Shown here in pieces: positions 9,783 to 19,840 of a stretch of 64,000 nucleotides of DNA. Location: contig CAXGUD010000021.1 in NCBI GenBank assembly GCA_964012805.1, positions 11,572 to 75,571 on the forward strand, written 5' to 3'. The DNA comes from an uncultured Bacteriovoracaceae bacterium. Lineage in GTDB: Bacteria > Bdellovibrionota > Bacteriovoracia > Bacteriovoracales > Bacteriovoracaceae. Each line of letters begins with the position of its first letter. Within the stretch, counting starts at the first letter, position 1. The notes beneath the pieces are model-generated. The model had not been told where the DNA came from. It did no database searches and saw nothing but the letters and a program-made list of their open reading frames with translations. The position numbers and the translations under genes are program-made.

Positions 9783-11714
9783 ATGATTGATGAAGAACTA
9801 AAAGGCCTCCAAGATGATTTGGCCAAGGTATTACATAGAGTAAAAAAGCCTAAAAAAGCCGTCGTCACAGCGGGGATGCCCTACGCTAATGGCCCTCTTC
9901 ATATTGGTCACCTGGCCGGTGCTCATGTTCCTGCGGATATTTACTCACGATGGCTAAAAATGCTGATCGGTCCTGAAAACGTTCTTTTTGTTTGCGGTAC
10001 AGACGACCACGGCTCGAACTCTGAGGTTGCGGCCAAAACAAAGAATATATCCACAAAAGAGTTCATAGATGAGATACATTCAAAGCAACAAAAGACACTT
10101 AAAGACTATTCTATTGAGCTTGATGTTTATACAGGAACCTCCAGAGAGGAAACATTCGAACACCACAAGAATTACTGTCAGGATTTTTTAAGAAAACTTC
10201 ACGATAATAAGTTCCTCACTAAAAAAACTTCTGAGCAATGGTATGACCCCAAGATAGAAATGTTCCTCCCCGACCGCTTCGTCTATGGAGAATGCCCGAA
10301 GTGCGACCATAAAAAAGCTTATAGCGAAGAGTGCGACTCCTGTGGTGCTAATTATAAAGCCAGTGAACTCAAAAACCCAAAAAGCACAGTTAGCGATGGT
10401 AAACCGGTTTTAAAAGACACTGACCATTGGTGGCTCGATATGTGGCAAGTCACTGATGAACTCAAAGAATGGATAGAGGGAAAGAAAAAGACCTGGAGAA
10501 AAAGCGTTTACTTAGAAACAATCAACACAGTCTACCCTTCTCTTGTTTTTTCTAATAAAGACGAAGAAACTTTTAAAGGACTGAAGGTCGAGCTTCCCAA
10601 GCACAAGAGCCGTTATGCACCCGGGAAAAAAATTGTTGTTCAGTTTGATAACCTTGTTGACCTTGAAAAAGGAAAACAAACCCTTACCAATAATGATATT
10701 GAAACAGAGCTTATGGATGGATGGGCCCATCGTTCTATAACGAGGGATGTTTCATGGGGCATTCCCGTTCCAAAAGATAGAGATGAAGGCATGGAAAACA
10801 AGTCTCTTTATGTCTGGCCTGAGTCTCTTATTGCCCCTATAAGCTTTACCCAAACGGCATTAAAGAAAAAGGGTCTGGATCCTGAGCTCTATAAAGAATT
10901 TTGGACAGATCCAGAATCCAATGTTTATCAGTTTTTAGGACAAGATAACGTTTATTTTTACGTCCTAATGCAAGGAGCGATGTGGCTTGGAACCCAAGAG
11001 GCAAAAAACCGCATGCCAAAGAAGGGTGAACTTCAATTAACAGATATCTTCAGCAACTACCACCTCCATATGGATGGCCAAAAGATGAGTAAGTCGACTG
11101 GCAATTTCTACACAGGTGACCAGTTTCTTGAAGAGATGGGTTATGACTCAGATCAAGTCCGCTACTTTCTTTCTCTTTTAAGCCTTCCTGAAAAGAATTC
11201 AAACTTTGACTTTGAGACATTTCAAAAAAGAAATGAATTTTTGGCCGGACCTTTAAATGCTGCTTTTGAGAAACCAATATCAGCGGTCCACTCAAAGTTT
11301 GATGGTAAAGTACCTACAGGAAAACTCATAGGAAAAACAAAAAAGGAAACTTATAAGATTGTTCAAAATTATATAAGAATGATGGAAAAAGCTGATTACC
11401 CTAAAATTCTTTTTATGATTGAAAACTACGCTCGTATTATTAATAGCCTCTTCACTCAATTTAAGCCACATGATGACCGCTTCGACATGGAACAAAGAAA
11501 AGATGCTCTCTTTTCAAGCTTTTTCATTTTAAAAAATATCATGATTATGCTTTCTCCCTTTGCTCCTAAAACAATGGATAAATTGAGAAAGTCTTTAAAT
11601 CTAGGTGCATCAGTTATAAGCATTGAAGAATTAGGGAAACCCATGCCAAAAGGCCATTTAATTGGAGAAAAAGCCGATTACTTTCCAGCGCCAAAAGAGG
11701 AAAAAGAAACTTAA
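9783..11714 (+). CDS. metG: Methionyl-tRNA synthetase
   Basis: TAGMPYANGPLHIGH, CGTDDHG, Zn knuckle CPKC..CDSC, SITRD, LYVW, FLGQDN, KMSKS; no C-terminal tRNA-binding appendix; likely start 9783. Confidence 0.97.
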   Translation: MIDEELKGLQDDLAKVLHRVKKPKKAVVTAGMPYANGPLHIGHLAGAHVPADIYSRWLKMLIGPENVLFVCGTDDHGSNSEVAAKTKNISTKEFIDEIHSKQQKTLKDYSIELDVYTGTSREETFEHHKNYCQDFLRKLHDNKFLTKKTSEQWYDPKIEMFLPDRFVYGECPKCDHKKAYSEECDSCGANYKASELKNPKSTVSDGKPVLKDTDHWWLDMWQVTDELKEWIEGKKKTWRKSVYLETINTVYPSLVFSNKDEETFKGLKVELPKHKSRYAPGKKIVVQFDNLVDLEKGKQTLTNNDIETELMDGWAHRSITRDVSWGIPVPKDRDEGMENKSLYVWPESLIAPISFTQTALKKKGLDPELYKEFWTDPESNVYQFLGQDNVYFYVLMQGAMWLGTQEAKNRMPKKGELQLTDIFSNYHLHMDGQKMSKSTGNFYTGDQFLEEMGYDSDQVRYFLSLLSLPEKNSNFDFETFQKRNEFLAGPLNAAFEKPISAVHSKFDGKVPTGKLIGKTKKETYKIVQNYIRMMEKADYPKILFMIENYARIINSLFTQFKPHDDRFDMEQRKDALFSSFFILKNIMIMLSPFAPKTMDKLRKSLNLGASVISIEELGKPMPKGHLIGEKADYFPAPKEEKET

Positions 11715-11731
11715 GGCCGTACTTAAGCTTC

Positions 11732-12727
11732 CTAAGCACTCTTTTTTAAAGGCTTACTTTCACTAATGCCAACTTCCGAGCAACTTAAGGACCATAAACC
11801 ATCTTCCAAGTTTCGGTCATTGGCCTTTGGGTTGGGCGACTTCATAGGCCATCCCCCTTCATTGCAATCCTTATCCCGATACATTGAAGTCTGGGAATAA
11901 TATTCCCCAGCGTGGTCAGGAATGTCTTCATCTAAGAGAGTATGCAAACTGGTCTGGGCACCATCATCAGGATTGATCACACCAATTATTCTAAAGATTA
12001 AGTTTCCAATAGTTTTTTGAACCCAATCGGGCATCATATGTCTAGAGAGGTTCGTTTTAACCATACCAGGGTGAACACTAATAGCAGTGACTCCTGTTCC
12101 CTCTAACCTTCTCGCCAAACTTTTGGCATGAAGAAAATTCGCAAACTTTGACTGGCAATAAGCAGCTGCCTTATTGTATTTCCTCTTTTTAAAATGAGGA
12201 TCTTTTAGGTCAATATCCGCAAATTTAACAAGGCCCGGTAACGAATCATGAGCGCTACTAGAAAGGATAATGATACGTGAGGGAGCACTTTTTTTTAAGA
12301 TGTCCATTAATAATTCGGTTAAGAGAAAATGGCCCAAATGATTGACCCCAAACTGCATTTCAAAACCATCCTTAGTGTAGCTTTTAGGACACATCATAAT
12401 ACCTGCATTGTTTATGAGTCCATCCAGTTTTTTATAATCATTCAAAAAGAGTTCAGCAAAATCCCTTACAGAATTTAGATCCGCCAAATCTAGTTTTAAA
12501 ACTTTTGATGACCCTTTATAATTTAGTTTTTCAAACTTCTTTTTAATCCTTTTGCCGTCGTTAGTATTCCTACAGGCCATAATGACATGAGCACCTTGTT
12601 TAACAAGTTGTTTTGAAGTTGTTAGCCCAATACCACTGTTGGCGCCAGTCACAATATAAGTTTTTCCAAACAAGTCTTTGTCGAGTAAGTTTTCATCACA
12701 GACAAGTGTCTTGGGTAACATTCCCAT
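11732..12727 (-). CDS. SDR oxidoreductase (retinol dehydrogenase/WWOX-like)
   Basis: IVTGANSGIG, LINNAGIM, GFEMQFGVNHLGHF, YCQSK, VHPGMVKT. Confidence 0.92.
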   Translation of the reverse strand: MGMLPKTLVCDENLLDKDLFGKTYIVTGANSGIGLTTSKQLVKQGAHVIMACRNTNDGKRIKKKFEKLNYKGSSKVLKLDLADLNSVRDFAELFLNDYKKLDGLINNAGIMMCPKSYTKDGFEMQFGVNHLGHFLLTELLMDILKKSAPSRIIILSSSAHDSLPGLVKFADIDLKDPHFKKRKYNKAAAYCQSKFANFLHAKSLARRLEGTGVTAISVHPGMVKTNLSRHMMPDWVQKTIGNLIFRIIGVINPDDGAQTSLHTLLDEDIPDHAGEYYSQTSMYRDKDCNEGGWPMKSPNPKANDRNLEDGLWSLSCSEVGISESKPLKKSA

Positions 12728-12956
12728 GACATACCTCCTCCATTAATTATAAATCTAATCAAAGTTTTTCTGATAAATAACAATCCCATCTGTTACATAG
12801 ACAAAAACTATATTTGAAATAGTGCTTTAAAAAAGAAATCGTTACTTAATTTTTAATAGTGTTAAATTTGGCCAAACCAAAGTAAAGTTATAGCTAGATC
12901 AAAAAACAAAAACTTATCATCAATCAATTAACGGTGTTTTAAAAAAGGACTCGAAC

Positions 12957-13391
12957 TTGAAAAGATCAATCAACGATTTTCCTGTGCAAATCGAGCAAGA
13001 TATAGCCTGGGGAGAAATGGACTCCTTTCAACATGTTAATAATATTGTTTACTTTAGGTATTTTGAGAGCGTTAGAATTGTTTATTTTGGAAAAGTAAAA
13101 ATAATGGATATTATGAAAAACCTTAAAATAGGTCCCATCCTTGCTGAGACCACATGTAAATTCATTAGACCTCTCTCCTACCCTGATCAGATCACGATTG
13201 GTGCCGTCATAGATGAAATCCAAGAAGACCGCTTTTTAATGAGTTACGCAGTTGCCTCCAAATCAAATGATAATAAATTGGCTGCAGTTGGAAGTGGACT
13301 AGTTGTTTATTACGATTATGGAAAAAACCAAAAGGCAAAAATTCCTGATGAAGTTCTTAAAGAAATTCATTTAATTCAAAAAGGGATTTAA
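12957..13391 (+). CDS. Acyl-CoA thioesterase (4HBT/hotdog)
   Basis: WGEMDSFQHVNNIVYFRYFESVR motif. Confidence 0.9.
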   Translation: MKRSINDFPVQIEQDIAWGEMDSFQHVNNIVYFRYFESVRIVYFGKVKIMDIMKNLKIGPILAETTCKFIRPLSYPDQITIGAVIDEIQEDRFLMSYAVASKSNDNKLAAVGSGLVVYYDYGKNQKAKIPDEVLKEIHLIQKGI

Positions 13392-13610
13392 TACCTCATT
13401 TTATCCTAATTTCGGCCCAATGTAGATGTCAAAATCAAAAAAAACATTAAGGATCGATACAAAGAATAGGTCAAGATATATAAGTCATTCTATTTTACTT
13501 TATAAAAAAATATTATTTGAAAAAAACATAAAAAAAACCTTTCTAATCAATTTTTTCTTATTAATTCCGATTAGGTAAATGGTTGATTTAACATTTAATT
13601 TGAAATTATT

Positions 13611-16355
13611 ATGAATCGTTTTTCTATGTTAATTCTTAGAATTATTGTAATTTTTGGGTTAATACTAATTAACAGAGAAGTTCATAGTTCTTCTTCTGAA
13701 GAAAAATGCTTTTCATGTAATATAAAAATTGAAAATTTAGATAAACCTTTCCCACTAACCGGTAATTGGGCCTTTACTAGAATCGATAACTTAGAAAATA
13801 AAAACCCCAAAGAAAAATTTGGAAAGAATTGGGTTCATATTAAGACTCCTGGTTCTTGGAAAAATGCCTATAATGATGAAAAGCTCTATAAGGTTGGCTG
13901 GTATAAAGGTAAATTTCATTTTTCAAAAGACCTAATCGGAAAAGACGTAAGACTTTTAATCGATACTTATATGGCTGAGACAAAGGTTTACTTGGACGGT
14001 AAGGCGGTTTATGAAAGGTCAGATAAAGATTCAGTAAACCGGTATTTTTCATTGCAGCCAATACCTATAAAATTTAAAATCACAAAAGAAAAGCATACCA
14101 TTGCAATTAGAATTAATTCAATCCTCATGCAAGGAATCTATCAACTCCCTTTTCATTTAAGACCCTACAAAAAGTTTGATCCAGAACTTTCTCTTTTACT
14201 TTTTTTTGGAGGTAATTTTAGAAGTATCTCCGGCTTTGCCTTTCTCCTTTTTGGTATTTTTTTAATATTTGTTTTTTATAAAACAAAAAATGAGTTTTAT
14301 CTATTTTCTGGGTTGAGTGGTTGCCTTATCTTTCCCTTTTTCTTTTTTAACCTAGACTTTGTAACAAGCTTTATTTCACCAAAAAATGCCCTAATCGCGT
14401 CATATTTTGGGATGCCTGGAATGATGTATACCCAGTTTAAAGTGGCGGAACTATTTTATAAAAAATTACCTAAACTAAGTGTCTTTTATAGTTTAACTGC
14501 TTCAATCGTTGCAATAATATTTTTATACCTTTTAATCGATTTTAATATAAAGATTTTCCATATCGTTAGAACCTTTTCCTTTTTAGTCGCCTTTTTAACA
14601 AGTTTTCTTTTGTTATTCATGACTGTTATGGGAATAAAAAACAAAGTAAGTGGAGCGAAAATATTTTTTATTGGCATAATGTGTTTAGTTATTTCAGTGT
14701 TTAATGATCTTTTCAACGCTCTAGGTTTAATCCAATCGTACGGCCTAGTCTCATTAGGGATGATAATATCAACCACATCTATTCTGATAGTTGCAGCCAA
14801 TAACTATACTGGAACCTATGTGGAAAACAAAAAACATCTAAAAGAAGTTACAGACCTTAAAGATAACTTGGAAGAAAAAGTAAAAGAAAAAACTTACGCT
14901 CTTGAACTGGAAATGGAAAGTACTGAAATTATGATGGAACAAATCTTCAATCAGAAAAAAAAGCGCGATTTACTGCTTGGTAGTTTGAGCGAGGGTTTTT
15001 TAACAATTAATAAAGAAGGAATTATTGAAGAAGGTGCGACAAGAGTCTCTCAAGACCTCCTGGAAGTTAACTTAACAGAGTCTGAGGTAGAAAAAATAGA
15101 AATATGGGATGTCTTATTCCAAGAGGGAGAAAAAAGAGACATTTTTAAAAAATGGATTGAGAAGGTTTTTGAAAGTAAATTTTCTTTTAGAGACCTAAAA
15201 GGACTTGCACCTAAAAAATTTGAAGGAACGAAAAAAAAACATATAGAATTAGAATTCAGACCAATTTATGAGAAAGAATCGAAAATAAAAGTAGATAAAA
15301 TAGTTATTATTGCATCAGACAAAACAAAAGAAGTAGAACTAAAAGAACAATTAAATAGAGATAAAGAAAATATTGAATTTATAAATAAATGCCTTCAAAA
15401 TCCTCTTGAGTTTGTGGATCTTATTTTTGACACACAAACTCTTATCCATGATTTTTATTTTTCCTATAAAGGGGAAAAAGAACTTCTTTTTAGAGGCTTT
15501 CATACTTTAAAAGCAAGATTTGGTCTTTTTGGTTTAAAAAAAATAACAAACTTAATAGATAATATAGAAACCGCCATTTCTGAAGAGAAAGTAGGAAACA
15601 TGAAAAGATCGATAAAATTATTGGATGAAAAACTGATATCCTTTATGAAAACAAATAGGATCATAGTAGAAGCTGCTAATAAAGCTCTCGTTGAAGAAGG
15701 AAGTGCCATTCAAGTCTCCGAAGTGTTAAAAAGAGCTAAACAATTTAACGTCACGTCAGATTACATAGATTATATAAAAAAAGAGTACCTTTATTCAGAT
15801 ATTAAAACAAAATTTGAGCGCTATGTTTCTTTAGTCAATGAATTAGCACAGAGGCAGGATAAATCAATAGAAGTAAAAATATCAGGTGAAGAAATATTGG
15901 TTGATACTAATAAATACTCAAAATTTATAAATAGCTCTATTCATATTTTTAGAAATATGGTTGATCATGGAATTGAACCTGAAGATGAAAGGATTGCTAA
16001 AACAAAACCGCAAAAAGGAAAAATTAAACTCCTCTTTAAAAAGGATAAAAGAGACTTTGAAATAGAAATACAAGATGATGGACAAGGGATTGACCTAGAT
16101 AAAATTAAGAAAAAAGCCCTCGATGATGGATTAAAATCAAAAGATGAAATATCAAATTTTAAAAAACAAGAAATATTGAACTTAATTTTTCTTCCTGGTT
16201 TTTCAACGAAAGAAGATGTCACAGATATATCTGGAAGAGGCGTGGGGATGGATGCAGTAAAAAAAGAAGTTATAGACCTTAACGGTGATATTCAAGTCAG
16301 CTCAAAGATAGATGAAGGAACAACCTTTGTCATTAAGTTACCTCTATTAAAATGA
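13611..16355 (+). CDS. Membrane sensor kinase HK-A: jelly-roll extracellular domain + 7TM + PAS-like + Hpt + CheA-type HATPase
   Basis: LTGNWAF/GWYKGKF sugar-binding-like domain, about 7 TM helices, FRGFHTLKA (Hpt), HIFRNMVDHGIE, DDGQGID, IFLPGFST, ISGRGVGMD; ends after HATPase, no CheW domain. Confidence 0.88.
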   Translation: MNRFSMLILRIIVIFGLILINREVHSSSSEEKCFSCNIKIENLDKPFPLTGNWAFTRIDNLENKNPKEKFGKNWVHIKTPGSWKNAYNDEKLYKVGWYKGKFHFSKDLIGKDVRLLIDTYMAETKVYLDGKAVYERSDKDSVNRYFSLQPIPIKFKITKEKHTIAIRINSILMQGIYQLPFHLRPYKKFDPELSLLLFFGGNFRSISGFAFLLFGIFLIFVFYKTKNEFYLFSGLSGCLIFPFFFFNLDFVTSFISPKNALIASYFGMPGMMYTQFKVAELFYKKLPKLSVFYSLTASIVAIIFLYLLIDFNIKIFHIVRTFSFLVAFLTSFLLLFMTVMGIKNKVSGAKIFFIGIMCLVISVFNDLFNALGLIQSYGLVSLGMIISTTSILIVAANNYTGTYVENKKHLKEVTDLKDNLEEKVKEKTYALELEMESTEIMMEQIFNQKKKRDLLLGSLSEGFLTINKEGIIEEGATRVSQDLLEVNLTESEVEKIEIWDVLFQEGEKRDIFKKWIEKVFESKFSFRDLKGLAPKKFEGTKKKHIELEFRPIYEKESKIKVDKIVIIASDKTKEVELKEQLNRDKENIEFINKCLQNPLEFVDLIFDTQTLIHDFYFSYKGEKELLFRGFHTLKARFGLFGLKKITNLIDNIETAISEEKVGNMKRSIKLLDEKLISFMKTNRIIVEAANKALVEEGSAIQVSEVLKRAKQFNVTSDYIDYIKKEYLYSDIKTKFERYVSLVNELAQRQDKSIEVKISGEEILVDTNKYSKFINSSIHIFRNMVDHGIEPEDERIAKTKPQKGKIKLLFKKDKRDFEIEIQDDGQGIDLDKIKKKALDDGLKSKDEISNFKKQEILNLIFLPGFSTKEDVTDISGRGVGMDAVKKEVIDLNGDIQVSSKIDEGTTFVIKLPLLK

Positions 16356-16462
16356 CTTAATACAGGTAACACTAAAGTAATTTTAAAAGAAACTTTTTTT
16401 AAGAATTTTTTTCAAACTTTCTAACAACCGACATGGGAAAAAGATTATAAAAAATAGGATGT

Positions 16463-19267
16463 TTAACCCTTAATAGAAATTGAAAATTGAGTACCGACAC
16501 CTTTTTCAGTACTAATATCGATTTCACCACCAAGTTTCTCAATATTTGTGCTAACAACATCCATTCCCACACCTCTTCCTGAAAGCTCACTTACCTCATC
16601 TTTTGTTGATAAACCTGCTTTAAAAATGAGCTTAAGCTTTTCTCCCTCACTCATATTTTGGACTTCGTCACTTGAAACGATGCCATTTTCAATGGCCTTT
16701 TTGGTTACGAGATCTGAGTCAATTCCTGCTCCATCATCCTTTATATTTATTCCATAACCATTAGAATTCTTCTTCACACTAATGATGATATTTCCCGTTT
16801 CGTTTTTATTTTCTTTAACCCTTGTTTCGCTTCCTTCAATTCCGTGGTCTACAGAGTTTCTGACTAAGTGAATAAGACTGTCATTTAAGAGGTTTTGCTC
16901 ATCTTGGCTAATAAAGATATCATCACCCTCGACTTTAAAAGACACATTCTTTCCGGACTCTTCTGCCGTCTCATCAACCACTTTTTTAAACCCGGATAGA
17001 AAGTCTTTAAGAGGCGTTTTTAACAGATTAGTAAAATTAATATAAAGCTCTTTCATATCGTTAGTAGGCGAGTCTCCTATAACTTTATTAAGTGAGCTCT
17101 CAAGAGATGCTAAATTATCCTTATGAACTTCGTGGTACACAATTTCCCCTGCGCTACCATCTAGACTAATAGAAAAGACTTCTTCTGCCACTTTTATAAA
17201 ATAATCTAGGAGGTTTCTGATTTCGACTAATTCATTACAAACCTGTTCTCTTCCTTCTTCATTAAAATTTTCAAAGTCCTTTTTTATATCCTCAAGATCA
17301 CTTTCTGCCCTATGAATAAGCTCACTTAATAGCGTTGCTCCAAAACCTCGAGCATTACCTTTTAAAGTATGAAGATGTCTGAATACGGTATCAAAATTCT
17401 TTTTATCTATTTCTTGACCACTCTTTTTATGCATTATTTGAAGAGACTCATCGACTAGGAAGTCTGAATTTCCTAAAAACATTTTTAACTCTTTAGAGTG
17501 AGCAGCTATTCCTTTTCCATCATGTGGTGCCAATTCATGAAGTACCCTAGACCTTTTATTCGATTCGGCTTGAGTTTTAGCCACTTGGGCCTCTAAGGCC
17601 ACTTTTTCTGTAATGTCTTCACATGAAAACATAATTTCTTTTATATCTTCATCAAGTCCCCAAATTGGATTAGGAAGAACTGAGATGATCCTTTCTTCGC
17701 CTTTTACATTTATAGTTGTTTTATGGATAAAATAACTTTCATTTAGGTCCCATTGAAGATCATTCCCACCAATGGATGTTTCAAGGGCTGATTTTAAGTT
17801 CCCAAATTCTTCTGACTGAGGATCAATATTGGCATATAAAGTTTCATAGACGGTCTTACCCGCGATTTCTGTATCAAAAAGTGTATTTGAGTAATCACTA
17901 ATCGCTTTATCCTGAATAACACCAAACAAATCAACTGAAAAAACCGCCTGACTCATATTATGGAGAAGGTTACTAACAGAGTTTTTCTCTTCAGCTAATT
18001 CAACAGTTCTTTCTTCAACTTTTATTTCTAGATTATCTTTAAGTTCTGTAACTTCTTTAAGGTTTTTTTGATTATCAAGATAAGTTTTAGCAAAGTTTTT
18101 AGCACTTAAATAAAGGACAACGAAAATTAAGATCATAAAACCAAATTGAACTAGGTTATAACCATTAATTATTGAAACTGCACTTAAAACGGAATAACCT
18201 GAAAAAATCCCAAGGGAGATTTGTCCAAAAAGGAGCGGACCGAAATCAGTCCCAAAAGGTTTCCGATCCCTCAACATGAGAGTAATTAAAATTATTTGAT
18301 TTGGTATGGCCGTCGCGAAGCCCAACTTTCTAAAAGTTAAAAAGAGACCCTGATGATCGACCGGATTAATAAGAAAAATAAAAACAAATGAACATATGCC
18401 ACAAACAATGGCTGGCGTAAGCCAATACCACTTAAATTTTATATAGTGCCTCACAAAAAGTGCTGAGTAAATAGACGAAGGTAGAAGTGTGGCGTAAAAA
18501 AGAGAAGCTGAAGCATTCTCTCCTATAAATCTATTGAAAAGGCCTGCCCATGCAATAAGTGAAATCCCACAAACAATACCCATAAATGAGGGAACTTTAT
18601 AAAAAGATTCTTTCGTTTTAAGAAAAACAAATAAAAATAAAAGCCCTGCCATAAAAGCAGCAGCGCCACCCACAATTAAAATATCAGTTAAGAGAAAGTC
18701 CCAGAGGTTTATAAAAAAATCATTTTCTTTATAGGCCCTTAACTGAAATGGTTTAGCGTGAAAGCCTTTCATAAGGAAGGTATCAAATCTAGCGGTTAAT
18801 GTGTGGACTTTTTTAGTAATCGTAAAAGAGGCAACCATTCCGCCTGTAGTAATATTCTCTTTTTTAGACTTAAGTTCCCCCTGAGAAAGAATTAATTTCC
18901 CATCAAGATAAAGCTCAAACTCAGGCCAAAAGGTAACAGCATACAAATTCACTTTTTGACCAATTAGCTTTTCATTAAAATTGAGGATTCTTTTGTGCCA
19001 ACCTACTGTATATAGCTTTTTATCTCCGTAAAATTTTCCCCACGCAGCAGGTAACTTGACAACCCTCCACGAATCCAAATTTATATTATTTTTTGAATTT
19101 TCTTTTTTATCATCTCTAGTGAAAAGCCACTTCCCGGAAAGTTCAATAGGCTTATCTAAGGAATTAATTTGTAAGGTCGTTTCTTTTATTTTAGCACTGC
19201 TTTCCTCTCCAAAAAGATTCGTTCCAGAAACTAATAAAATGAGCGAAATGAGGATTAATTTTGTCAT
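16463..19267 (-). CDS. Membrane sensor kinase HK-B: jelly-roll domain + 7TM + PAS-like + Hpt + CheA-type HATPase
   Basis: LSGKWLF/GWHKR, TM block, FRHLHTLKG, HLVRNSVDHGIE, DDGAGID, LSGRGVGMD; no CheW domain. Confidence 0.88.
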   Translation of the reverse strand: MTKLILISLILLVSGTNLFGEESSAKIKETTLQINSLDKPIELSGKWLFTRDDKKENSKNNINLDSWRVVKLPAAWGKFYGDKKLYTVGWHKRILNFNEKLIGQKVNLYAVTFWPEFELYLDGKLILSQGELKSKKENITTGGMVASFTITKKVHTLTARFDTFLMKGFHAKPFQLRAYKENDFFINLWDFLLTDILIVGGAAAFMAGLLFLFVFLKTKESFYKVPSFMGIVCGISLIAWAGLFNRFIGENASASLFYATLLPSSIYSALFVRHYIKFKWYWLTPAIVCGICSFVFIFLINPVDHQGLFLTFRKLGFATAIPNQIILITLMLRDRKPFGTDFGPLLFGQISLGIFSGYSVLSAVSIINGYNLVQFGFMILIFVVLYLSAKNFAKTYLDNQKNLKEVTELKDNLEIKVEERTVELAEEKNSVSNLLHNMSQAVFSVDLFGVIQDKAISDYSNTLFDTEIAGKTVYETLYANIDPQSEEFGNLKSALETSIGGNDLQWDLNESYFIHKTTINVKGEERIISVLPNPIWGLDEDIKEIMFSCEDITEKVALEAQVAKTQAESNKRSRVLHELAPHDGKGIAAHSKELKMFLGNSDFLVDESLQIMHKKSGQEIDKKNFDTVFRHLHTLKGNARGFGATLLSELIHRAESDLEDIKKDFENFNEEGREQVCNELVEIRNLLDYFIKVAEEVFSISLDGSAGEIVYHEVHKDNLASLESSLNKVIGDSPTNDMKELYINFTNLLKTPLKDFLSGFKKVVDETAEESGKNVSFKVEGDDIFISQDEQNLLNDSLIHLVRNSVDHGIEGSETRVKENKNETGNIIISVKKNSNGYGINIKDDGAGIDSDLVTKKAIENGIVSSDEVQNMSEGEKLKLIFKAGLSTKDEVSELSGRGVGMDVVSTNIEKLGGEIDISTEKGVGTQFSISIKG

Positions 19268-19437
19268 AAAACTCTACTTATTTAATTTACACACTAGACA
19301 TCACTTTTCAATACCATTTTACTCAGACAATTCTAAACCATAATTCAAAAATAAAAAAAAAAAAAAGAAAAAAAATATTTTTGAAATACTTTTTATTTTT
19401 TAAACAAAATTACTCTAAATAATTCCATAAAAACCAC

Positions 19438-19824
19438 TTAGGAGTCACTACTAAATTTTTCAACAAGCAAATTTACTGTTCCTAAAAATGTCTCTTTTTT
19501 TATTGGTTTTAAAATCCAAGTTTTGATTCCTGCAAGCTTTCCCTTTTTTTTCATTTCTTTACTTGCATCTGTTGTAAGGATCATAATAGGAGCTTTTGTC
19601 ATATTTTCATCAAATATTTTTTTGGCCATTTCTAGCCCATTCAGCTCAGGCATATGAAGGTCGGATACAATTAAGTCAACCTTTCCACCCTCTTGCTTTA
19701 AAATCTCAATTCCTTCAAGTCCATTAGATGCTGAAACAACGGTGTATCCCCCTTTTTCTAAATCTTCTACTAGTTTTTCCCGATACTCTACAGTATCCTC
19801 AACTAGCAAAACTTTTTTACCCAC
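19438..19824 (-). CDS. Stand-alone receiver (CheY-like)
   Basis: VLLVED, SDLHMPELNG, LTT, WILKP; 16 bp downstream of HK-C. Confidence 0.92.
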   Translation of the reverse strand: MGKKVLLVEDTVEYREKLVEDLEKGGYTVVSASNGLEGIEILKQEGGKVDLIVSDLHMPELNGLEMAKKIFDENMTKAPIMILTTDASKEMKKKGKLAGIKTWILKPIKKETFLGTVNLLVEKFSSDS

Positions 19825-19840
19825 AACAGACCTCCGTTGA

